Origin: Macrostomum lignano
Taxonomy: Eukaryota
Assembly: GCA_002269645.1 (NCBI GenBank)
Contig: NIVC01000166.1
Location: forward strand, 248,001-312,000
Direction: 5' to 3'
Length of the DNA: 64,000 nucleotides
Made by a program: the position numbers and the translations under genes. The notes beneath the pieces were generated by a model. That model saw only the letters and a program-made list of their open reading frames with translations. It was not told the DNA's origin and made no database searches. Shown piece after piece: positions 1-8,795 of this stretch (positions are counted from its first letter, which is position 1; the number at the start of each line of letters is the position of its first letter).

Positions 1-2
1 TC

Positions 3-443
3 TCCCTTTTCTAGCTCATCTGGTTGGGGTAGAAGTTTGGTCTTTGGATCAGCCTGTGGATCTCCATAGGTGAACACTTTAATGTTCTGCCATTTTTCAT
101 TGTCTTTGAGGTGCTTTGCATATTCGGCAGCTACAATTTCAGGGTTACTGGGAAGGCTCATTTGGTTATTAAAACATGCAATAATGTCCTCTTTGTTCAG
201 CTTGTTTTGCAATCCAGAAATCAGCATTCTATACTCATCTTGATACAGTGTGGGAGAGTAGATGTGCAGAGTGTCATAGTCGATAAATCCAGGTCTAAGA
301 AGCATGTTAAAGACTCTGAATGTTTTACCTGAACCTGATGAACCAACAACAATGCATCTGAAGTGACTCGGAATTGACTCGTGATGAGAAAACTTAATCT
401 GATTACGCGTCCAGTGAGGATTGAAGTCGTTTGAAAAGTCCAT
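3..443 (-). CDS. Polinton DNA-packaging ATPase (A32/FtsK-HerA-like), N-terminal part, runs off the window
   Basis: Not in the ORF track. Manual translation from ATG at 443: MDFSNDFNPHWTRNQIKFSHHESIPSHFRCIVVGSSGSGKTFRVFNMLLRPGFIDYDTLHIYSPTLYQDEY... The Walker A motif GSSGSGKT (~321-345) follows a hydrophobic strand, and the frame stays open to the edge. Confidence 0.88.
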   Translation of the reverse strand, partial: MDFSNDFNPHWTRNQIKFSHHESIPSHFRCIVVGSSGSGKTFRVFNMLLRPGFIDYDTLHIYSPTLYQDEYRMLISGLQNKLNKEDIIACFNNQMSLPSNPEIVAAEYAKHLKDNEKWQNIKVFTYGDPQADPKTKLLPQPDELEKG

Positions 444-483
444 TTTTTTCTATGATGAAAAAAATAATTAAATAATAAATAAT

Positions 484-546
484 TTAGATGTGTCATTTTG
501 GGACTTAGATGTGTCATTTTGGGACTTAGATGTGTCATTTTGGGAC
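484..546. repeat. 21-bp tandem repeat x3 (TTAGATGTGTCATTTTGGGAC) between the ATPase and core-protein genes
   Basis: Three consecutive copies are directly visible. Confidence 0.9.
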
Positions 547-590
547 TAGTCTTGTACCTTTACATTTCTTGTACCCTCGGAAAGTACCCT

Positions 591-968
591 TTAGTCAAAT
601 TTGAAACCACTTCCTTTTTTAATGCTAGCTTTCATCTTCTCATAGACTGCAGGGTCCACACTGTCTGGGTTTGGGGCCAGCGGAGCCAGAGGTTGAATCT
701 CTTGTTTAGGTGTTACAGTATCCTTTATCTTTTTGGCTGCTGTGGCTACACTGCCAGCCGCTTCGGCAACGTTCTTGATGTTCTCTTTGTTCTCTCCAAT
801 GACCTTAAAAATCTTGGCCCCCTGAGCGATCAAATCGGCAAGGCCATTCCCAGAGCGTTCTTTTCTTGGATAGTGGCCTGCAGGGAAAAGTCCAGATCCG
901 CGTTTAATAAGATTAAGTTCCTCTTTGTCGTAGTATTTGTCCACGTCTTTCTCAAAAATAATCGGCAT
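591..968 (-). CDS. Small Polinton core/pVII-like protein (~125 aa)
   Basis: ATG at 968 (MPIIFEK...). Contains RGSG, SGNG and KGSG glycine motifs resembling the adenain-type cleavage sites of Polinton core proteins. Lies next to the ATPase and capsid genes. Confidence 0.6.
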   Translation of the reverse strand: MPIIFEKDVDKYYDKEELNLIKRGSGLFPAGHYPRKERSGNGLADLIAQGAKIFKVIGENKENIKNVAEAAGSVATAAKKIKDTVTPKQEIQPLAPLAPNPDSVDPAVYEKMKASIKKGSGFKFD

Positions 969-984
969 CTTTTTAAATAGAAAT

Positions 985-2232
985 TTATTTTTTGTTGAAC
1001 CGCGAAAGCAGAAGCTCTCTCGCCCTCTTATCGATGTATTTTCTCTCAAGCATTTTGTCCAGGATGTTGACAAATTCTTTTCTATTTTCATCTTTCATTC
1101 CGGTCTTTGCCGCTCCTAGAAGAACCGCTACTCGCTTGTAGATTTCAGAAATTCCTTTTCCAGTTGCGGGCGGTTGGTCTTGGGGTTGTGGAGTTGGTTG
1201 GGCTTGTAGCTGCTGGGGAGGTGATGCAAAAGACTGCTCACTTTCAGAGATGGAACTGTCATGTGGTGCCTGTCTTTGTTGAGGTGTGAAAACTCTTTGC
1301 TTGATTCTATTCATTCGATCTGGAGAGTGTTGTTCTAAGTGTTGCCAGTCTGTTGGGTTTTGTTTCTTATATTCAGCTACTTTCAAAGGGTCTAACTGCT
1401 CGAGTTGACTGAGTACTTGTTCTTCTGTGGAATGTTGCTGCTGTGGTTGTGGTTGTTGTTGTTGCTGTTGTTGTTGTTGTTGTTGTTGTTGTTCTAGATA
1501 TTTTATGACTTCCGCCTGATCTGGCAAATCGAACCATTGTTTAAAGTGTTTGTACTTTTTGAATCTAGTCAGGTTGACACCGTTATCATACATAAGTTTC
1601 AGGACTTCTGGGGCCTTTAGTATTTCTATATCTCTAGCAAGAGAAAAAGTCACTAGATCTTTGTAGTTCTTTAGCTGCTTGTCCGAGATTCTCTCTTGGT
1701 TCTTAGTCATAAAATTCAGTAAGGTTTCTGTGAAAGGAATGCTCTTAGTTTCCGAGCCTTTGACAACAGAAATATGTTTCTTATTTATGTCGATATAATA
1801 TTCCACTGGTTCATTATAAATATTTTTTCTCCACATACTTATTCCAAATACATATTTCCCATCATGTTCTACACGCTCTACTGGTCCAAAAATGTTATCT
1901 GTCACTTTTAGTTGCTGTTGTTGTGGTTGTGATTGATGTGGTTGTGGTTGTTGTGGTTGCGGTTGTGTCTGTGGTTGCGGCTGTATCTGTGGTGCTTCTG
2001 GAATTTTGCCCAAAGCCTTTTGCACTTGGGTTTCCTGTATGTCGTCGATAGTTTCTTTGACCTGATCAATATTTTTCTTAGCTTCTCCATACCCGGGCTT
2101 ATGAAACTCTGTGGCTGCTTGGACAAACTCATTGTAGGATTGTTGCTCCTTATTTATTAGCCCGGTAACTCGTTTCTCTGCTTGTGCTAGCTTCTCCAAT
2201 TCAGATATCTGCTGTGTACTTTTTCGCTTCAT
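985..2232 (-). CDS. Gln/Pro-rich Polinton hypothetical protein (415 aa) with a conserved-looking C-terminal helical motif
   Basis: Long open frame with polyQ encoded by CAA/CAG runs. The C-terminal GKGISEIYKRVAVLLGAAKTGM...EFVNILDKMLERKYID resembles a motif I recall from Maverick virion-associated proteins. Confidence 0.7.
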   Translation of the reverse strand: MKRKSTQQISELEKLAQAEKRVTGLINKEQQSYNEFVQAATEFHKPGYGEAKKNIDQVKETIDDIQETQVQKALGKIPEAPQIQPQPQTQPQPQQPQPHQSQPQQQQLKVTDNIFGPVERVEHDGKYVFGISMWRKNIYNEPVEYYIDINKKHISVVKGSETKSIPFTETLLNFMTKNQERISDKQLKNYKDLVTFSLARDIEILKAPEVLKLMYDNGVNLTRFKKYKHFKQWFDLPDQAEVIKYLEQQQQQQQQQQQQQPQPQQQHSTEEQVLSQLEQLDPLKVAEYKKQNPTDWQHLEQHSPDRMNRIKQRVFTPQQRQAPHDSSISESEQSFASPPQQLQAQPTPQPQDQPPATGKGISEIYKRVAVLLGAAKTGMKDENRKEFVNILDKMLERKYIDKRARELLLSRFNKK

Positions 2233-2262
2233 TTCTTATTTTATTTTATTTTTAGTTAAAAA

Positions 2263-3549
2263 ATGAACGACCCACTGACACCAGTTTTCTACAAAATTAA
2301 CAAGCCTATTTTGAGTGATGACAGCACTAATTAAGCGACTCAGGTAAGAGTTCCCAGTCAGGAAAATCAGAATGAAACTAATCTTGGTCCTGGCCAAACA
2401 CTGACATTTACATACAATGGATGTTCGTCTCTGGTTAGTGTGCACAGTCTTAAGAGCGGCTTCCATATGACATTTCAATTCAAGACAAAAGGTGGTGCGG
2501 ATGCGGCTCGTGCTAACGTTGACAAGCATGATGCGGATGTGGCTCTGATCAGTAACTTTTGGGCGTACATGTTCAAGGAGTTTAGTGTATCGAATGGGAG
2601 CACTGAGTTGGAGCGAATCGCCAACTTTGGAATTGTCTATGACGCTCATTGTTTGATCGAGAATCCTGATTTTATTCAATTGGGAAGTGGTGCGGGTTTT
2701 ATTGCAGATGAAAAAGAAGGAGATATCAATGACAGTGGCTATAAAAATAGGAAGAAGAGATACAACTATGCATTGCAAGGTGCAGATGATGCTGCTAAGA
2801 ACCCGCAGTATCGGTCTGTTGATGTATTTGTACCATTGAGATTCATGAGTGGATTCTGTAATACATTTAATCGACTGACTAGTAACTTTAGCTACACCTT
2901 TAGGATGACTAGAGATGATCGCAGTAGAGTGTTGTGGACTGGGGCGGATCACACAAGGATGGAGGTGAAGCTAACCGGAATCGAGCTGTATTTGGAAGTC
3001 ATTGAGCCAAAGACTGCACTAAAAGCAGACTATCTTAAGGCAATAGAGAAGGACATTGATGTTGCATACACGGCCTACATGTGTCGAGATGAGCGAAACG
3101 AAACTAGAACAAACATCTGCATCAAAGAGGGATCATGCAGCAATCCAAGGTATATCATTATTAATATGAGAAACCCAAATAGCATTATACGCTACATGCA
3201 TGGAGACGTGCGGTCCATTCAGCATGAAATCAGTGATAATCTTTACCCTGCACTGCCACAAAATGGAGATTTCAGTCAGAACAAGATTAGCAAATTTTAC
3301 AGCGAGTTGGTCGACTTGGCTGTGAAAGAGAACAATGGAATTGCTATCACTGCTCTTCAATATGGAACTCTATATCCGATGTTTGGCGCTGATGTGTCTG
3401 CCAGACAAATGCCTACTGATAACAGCCCTGTGAATATCGTGACTAACATTGAAAGGACTGCCGCAACACCCGTGGACCTGTACATTGTCTATGCATTTGA
3501 GAGGAAGGTGAAGCTTAACATGATCAACAATTCATCCAGTAAAGTTTAA
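2263..3549 (+). pseudogene. Polinton major capsid protein (double jelly-roll), with an in-frame TAA at 2332-2334
   Basis: ATG 2263 (MNDPLTPVFYKINKPILSDDSTN*ATQVRVP...) is in frame with the 2440-3549 ORF. Motifs SNFWAYMFKEFSV, VFVPLRFMSGFC and LTGIELYLEVIEP match the Maverick MCP pattern. Confidence 0.85.
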
Positions 3550-3573
3550 ATATTTTTTTTGTCGGTGAAAAAA

Positions 3574-4437
3574 ATGGAAGCCATAGCCGAAAGACTAAAC
3601 AACATTGTTTCACACTCTAAGGAGAGCATTCCTATTACAATAACCGGGCGAATTAATGACTCAAACGGGATATTTGTTCAAAAATTAGAGCAGGCGATTA
3701 GCCTGGATCCAGGCGCTAATTACCATGTCTATCTTAACGACTTCACTGGTTGGTCAAACGTTCCCAATGTGTCGGCAGCAAATAATAAGTTTTATTACAA
3801 ATGGAAAGGTGCAGCAGCAGACCCTGTGGTATTCCCTGTGAGCACGCAAAGTGTGGATACTTACAATTACTTTCTAGAAAACGTCTTTACTAAAAGAGGC
3901 CATTTTGAGACACCTGATGCGAGTAAGCCAGATAAAAAATTGTTCCCTGTCAAACTATCCTATGATCTCACTGTAATGAGAGTGGTCATGCAAGTTTACA
4001 AAGATGCGGAGGTTGAGTTTAAAGATGACACTTGGTATAGGGAACTAGGATTCGAGAAGAAAGTTTATAAGGCAGAATCCGCGGCGCAGACCGCCACTCA
4101 AGCATCGGGGACTGTTAGAATGGTCCGGGAAAGTGTAAGCGGTTTGTTCTTAGCACCCAATATTGCAGACATTGTAAAGGGTTTGAATATTCTAATCAGA
4201 AGCAATCTCAGTCTTGATTGGGTATTTAAGGGAAAGCGAACTAATATTTTGTACAACATCTCCAACTCTGTAGCTGGAGGACAGATGGTGGTAGAGAAAC
4301 CAAATCCAGTGAAAAGAGTTGTATTGAGTAATAAGGAGATTCACGAGATTGTGCTACAGTTTGAGACTGAAGATGGGATGGGCGTTGATTTTAATGGGGA
4401 AGAGTTTGTATTGACGTTAATCATTGAGAGAATGTGA
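3574..4437 (+). CDS. Polinton minor capsid (penton, single jelly-roll) protein
   Basis: ATG at 3574. Motifs ISLDPGANYHVYLNDFTGWSNVPNVSAANNKFYY, ILIRSNL...ILYNI and IHEIVLQFETEDGMGVDFNGEEFVLTLII. Directly follows the MCP. Confidence 0.85.
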   Translation: MEAIAERLNNIVSHSKESIPITITGRINDSNGIFVQKLEQAISLDPGANYHVYLNDFTGWSNVPNVSAANNKFYYKWKGAAADPVVFPVSTQSVDTYNYFLENVFTKRGHFETPDASKPDKKLFPVKLSYDLTVMRVVMQVYKDAEVEFKDDTWYRELGFEKKVYKAESAAQTATQASGTVRMVRESVSGLFLAPNIADIVKGLNILIRSNLSLDWVFKGKRTNILYNISNSVAGGQMVVEKPNPVKRVVLSNKEIHEIVLQFETEDGMGVDFNGEEFVLTLIIERM

Positions 4438-4683
4438 TGGAAAAAATAACTAAATATTTTATTTCAGTTCTATTTCGAATTTTTAGTATATTTTTTCTAG
4501 TCATATTACTTATTAGTAGGCAACCTCACGCTTTTTAGACTGACCAAGCATTATTTTTTTCTAACCAGTATTTAGTGAAAGGATTGAAAACACAAAAGAA
4601 ATCGGACACAAAAAGATGCCCGATGTCAAAAGTTGGTTAACTTCGCAAGTATTCGCACATAACAAACACAAGTCTGTCATTAG

Positions 4684-4990
4684 TCTTTCTCAGAAAAAAA
4701 AGCTTTCTTTTTGCACAGTTGAATTCGTGCGAATTCCTGTTAAGACAGGAAATGGCGCGAATCCAACTGCGCACTACTCTTTCTCAGAAAAATGCTATTT
4801 TGTACAGTTGAATTCGTGCGAATTCCTGTTATGCACATGATTTTTACGAACGTTCGTAAAAATCATGTAACCACTGAGAGCCGCTTTATGCTGCACATGA
4901 TTTTTACGAACGTTCGTGAAAATCATGTAACCACTGAGAGCCGCTTTATGCTGCACATGATTTTTACGAACGTTCGTGAAAATCATGTTA
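4684..4990. repeat. Palindrome-containing repeat array: two ~55-bp direct repeats with GAATTCGTGCGAATTC, then a 60-bp unit x3 built on a 34-bp palindrome
   Basis: ACATGATTTTTACGAACGTTCGTAAAAATCATGT (4835-4868) is a perfect palindrome. Copies at 4895 and 4955 have one mismatch. A partial copy lies near 5222-5246. Confidence 0.92.
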
Positions 4991-5311
4991 TCAGTGGGAA
5001 TCGAACCATGCAGGGCAGACTTCGGGCTTGCTTGCCCTCGTCAGTCAGTCATAGCCACGCGAGGTCGGCTCCACCTCTAGCCAGCTGAGTGGAACTGCTA
5101 TTTATACGCCCTTGCACCAAGTCCTTGCCTTGCACATGGCGACATTTTCTAGTCCACCATGTGAGGAATTCGCGCCATGTTCAAATAGCTTTACTATCAG
5201 TAAGCTATCGCTTACAAATACGAGCCGCTTTATGCTGCACATGATTTAGTCAGTATTTTTAGATCTTGCGTCTGCACTCTACAGGGTACAACCTTGTAGT
5301 GTAGTTGGCTA

Positions 5312-5548
5312 CTACAACTGCCTTATAACTTCAGCAAAGTTATAATAGCTGTCAAAATCGTTAATGACTACTCCGTGTTTTTCAAACCAGTGAGATTTAA
5401 GTGCTTTATTAATATTAGGGACATTGATATCAACATCGGGCCAATATTTTCTCATGTATTCGTTGCATTCTAGTTTGCATCGGTACTTACTCTTGTAGTT
5501 AGGCTCGTGCGCTTTGTAATAAGAACCTGGAGAGACAACTGGAAACAT
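5312..5548 (-). CDS. Small hypothetical ORF (78 aa), probably Polinton accessory
   Basis: ATG with an A-rich leader like the other element ORFs. Intronless, with ordinary globular composition. No recognised motif. Confidence 0.4.
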   Translation of the reverse strand: MFPVVSPGSYYKAHEPNYKSKYRCKLECNEYMRKYWPDVDINVPNINKALKSHWFEKHGVVINDFDSYYNFAEVIRQL

Positions 5549-6596
5549 TTTTATTGAGAATTTATTTTTTTTTCAAAGGGTAAGGACCCTGGGTTAGGGG
5601 ATTTAAAGTCTTAGGGATCTGGTTTCAACGCTTCGGATTGAATGTGGGCCCCATGGGAGAAGAATGCAGATTATTTTCTGATTGTTTCGAAGATGCTATG
5701 GGTGGATGTTGGTGGATTATGTCTGTGTCAGTGAGCATAACAAGTGTCCACAGTGAGCATAACAGGTATCAGTGGACACCTGCTCTGATTCTGTCAGGGA
5801 TAATATGGATGGATTTAATGGGATTATGGAGGACGTTTTGTGAGCGAGTGCGACCCCCCTTTTTTTCTGATTCTGTCAGGGATAATATGGATGGATTTAA
5901 TGGGATTATGGAGGAGGTGAAAAATTTTGTCCCAGAAGCCCCCTCATGCCTTCTACTAGAGTGCCAGCTGATCATAAGAGAAATACGCAGAAATGAACGG
6001 CCCGCTGCTTGAAATGCCAATATGATGCACTTGACTTGATCTTTTGGTAACTCTGAATCGACAATTTGCCAATACTGATTTGGCTTGCTGCAATTTGACT
6101 TGAATATGCCGCACTTGAACAGATTTATTTTGCATTTATAAATCAGTTTAAAAGGCGCACCCAGTGTGAATCAAGGTAAAGACACAACCTGTCAAATGCA
6201 CTGAAGAAAGTGCATGATAAACTACAATACTAGGCCAGCCAAGTCGCCAAAATTTCCATTATAGATTTCGTTCGTAAATGCTCAGCTGCAACATTCCTCA
6301 GTCAGCGCTAAAGTTCAGAAGTTCACCAAGACAATAAATCCAAAATTTTATATTCAAAGTTGCAGCATTGCTAAAAAGTCAAGCGCCCATTGTGCTGCCA
6401 GGCAAAGAAGTTGCATTTTGTATTTCCTGAATAACCGGTTCAAGAATAAACAAAGCCGGGCGAGAAAGCAGAAAAACAAAAATCCAGTTGATAAATGCGA
6501 GAAAATTAGAGAAAAATGAAAATGCTAAAATAATAAATTTGCCGCCCGTTCAAGCTACTGTTAGTAGAAATGAGGGATTTTTAGAGAAATGAGGGC

Positions 6597-8751
6597 TCAC
6601 AGCAGGTCGTAGAACCGGGGTCGCCGGGAGACGCCGAACCGGAGCCAGGCGGCGCGGGTCCACAGGGCGCGGGCGCTCGAGACGCCGTAGCGCAGCCGCA
6701 GCTCCTCCTCGAAGTGCCGCACCGGCCTGTGCCAGTCGACGCTGAGTCGACCCGCCGAGTGGCCGCCGACGTCGCTGCTGTCAGCGCTGGACTCGGCTTC
6801 GCTGGCTTCGCTCGCTACGCTTCTGGTGCCGCCGCTGCCGATGCTGGCCAGGGCTCTGCCGAGACCCGAGCTGCCGAACACCAGCGACGGCCGCCAGCCT
6901 CTGCTGTACTTGGCCACGCTTTCTAGGAAACTCAGCACCGCCGTGTACGACTCGTGCTGCCTGTTGGGCGGCTTGCAGATCTGAATGTGATCGGTGGGTA
7001 GCCGGAGCACCGCGCCCACCTGGGGAGGCGGAGAGAGCAGTCTTTCAGGTGGGTAGTGAAGGCTTCAGGTGGGTAATGCAGGCTTTCAGGTGGGTAATTC
7101 AGGCTTTCAGGTGGATAATATTGGCTTTCAGGAGGGTAATGAAGGCTTCAGGTGGGTAATGCAGGCTTCAGGTGGGTAATATTGGATTTCAGGTGGGTAA
7201 TGCAGGCTTCAGGTGGGTAATGCAGGCTTCAGGTGGGTAATGTAGGCTTCAGGTGGGTAATATTGGCTTTCACGTGGGTAATATTGGCTTTCAGGTGGGT
7301 AATGCAGGCTTCAGGTGGGTAATGCAGGCTTCAGGTGGGTAATATTGGCTTTCACGTGGGTAATATTGGCTTTCAGGTGGGTAATGCAGGCTTTCAGGTA
7401 ATATTGGCTTTCAGGTGGGTAATGCAGGCTTTCAGGTAATATTAGCTTTCAGGTGGGTAATATTGGCTTGCAGGTTGGTAATATTGGCTTTCAGGTTGGT
7501 AATATTGGCTTTGCATTGGCAATAAATGATTCATGTGGTTAATATTGACAGGCTAGAGGGCTAAGGTGTAAGGATCAAATTTAATCTAATATAATTTAGG
7601 GGCTATTGTAGGAAAAATTGGGAATAGGATTTTGGTTAAGTTAGGTTAGGAACTTCAATGTTATCAGAGCGTGGTGAAGTGCTGTGGTCAGCTGTCACTC
7701 TTACAAAAAAGACACAACTATGTATAAGCTAGGATAGAATACCGGTAGATCAATAGCAGAATTAAACTAAGAATTAGGCTCCGTATTATATCATCGGAAG
7801 CCGATTAAGTAGGAGCAAGGAGCTCCTCTAGATATGGCACAACAGGAAGGTTTAACGCTAAATTTCTAGCAGGTGCAAAGCACGGCGATGCAAGTCACAC
7901 CACAGACCGCATTCCGCAAGTTCGCAGCAGAGGCTTATAGAAAGCGCCTATACTTCAGCCACTATTGTTAAGCAAGCAGTGCGGTCTCACCCCCTCTCTA
8001 CCTAGTCTTTAGGATGTCTATAGTATAAAAAATATATCACAATAGACAGCAGATATAAATATCTTGAAATGTGTACAAAGCAGATAGCCAAGTTATGCAC
8101 ACCAACGCTTCTATTGTGCGAATTTCTATTGGCGGACAGAGCTGGCCAACATCGCTGATGCTGACTATGAGCAAAAAATAAGAAAAACACTATAGATGCG
8201 CATATTTTAGAGAGCTTTTTAGAAAATAAGCGCCAAAACACACGCAAAAAGAGAACTTTTTTTCTCAGAACGGAGCAACCCTGAGCAGCAGAGGTTTCAA
8301 ACAGCCATGCAAGCAGCGTCAGGAATAATTGCAAATTTAGCCTTAATTGGACTTTGTCTGCTTGCCTTCAACGGAATAATTGGTACGTTTTCAATTCTAG
8401 GTATAAAGAGTCAAGTTTTGTGTTAATTGAGCAAAACTATTTTTATTGACATTAAAAATAAATTTGCAGGGCCAACTGAGGCAGCGGACTGCTCAACTGT
8501 CACCTGCGACAACGGCGGCACCTGCAACAACTTTACAGTCAGCCCGCCCTGCCTGTGCCCGCTGCCCTACATCGCACCTAACTGTTCAACTGCTGCAGAC
8601 TACTGCTTCACCCTGCAGCCTGACAAGGGCATCAACGCACTGCCTGTGTGCCAGAATAACGGCACCTGCACTCTGACTTACACCGATCCGTACTTTAACT
8701 GCAGCTGCCCTGATGGCTTCACAGGTAGCTAATAGACTGGGTTAATGCCTA

Positions 8752-8795
<44 letters not shown>

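Larger units (their letters stand above)
1..5600. mobile_element. Endogenous Maverick/Polinton (adintovirus-like) element A, partial (continues beyond the left edge; right boundary approximate)
   Basis: Compact intronless AT-rich cluster: A32/FtsK-like ATPase, core-like ORFs, double jelly-roll-type major capsid and minor capsid genes, followed by a repeat-rich noncoding segment. Confidence 0.9.

Noticed and set aside
2236-2952. 238-aa minus ORF
   Set aside because: Antisense shadow of the major capsid gene, with no motif.
4835-4990. CRISPR-like palindromic repeats with regular spacing
   Set aside because: The spacers are identical to each other, no cas genes are present and the context is eukaryotic. 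It is a tandem repeat.
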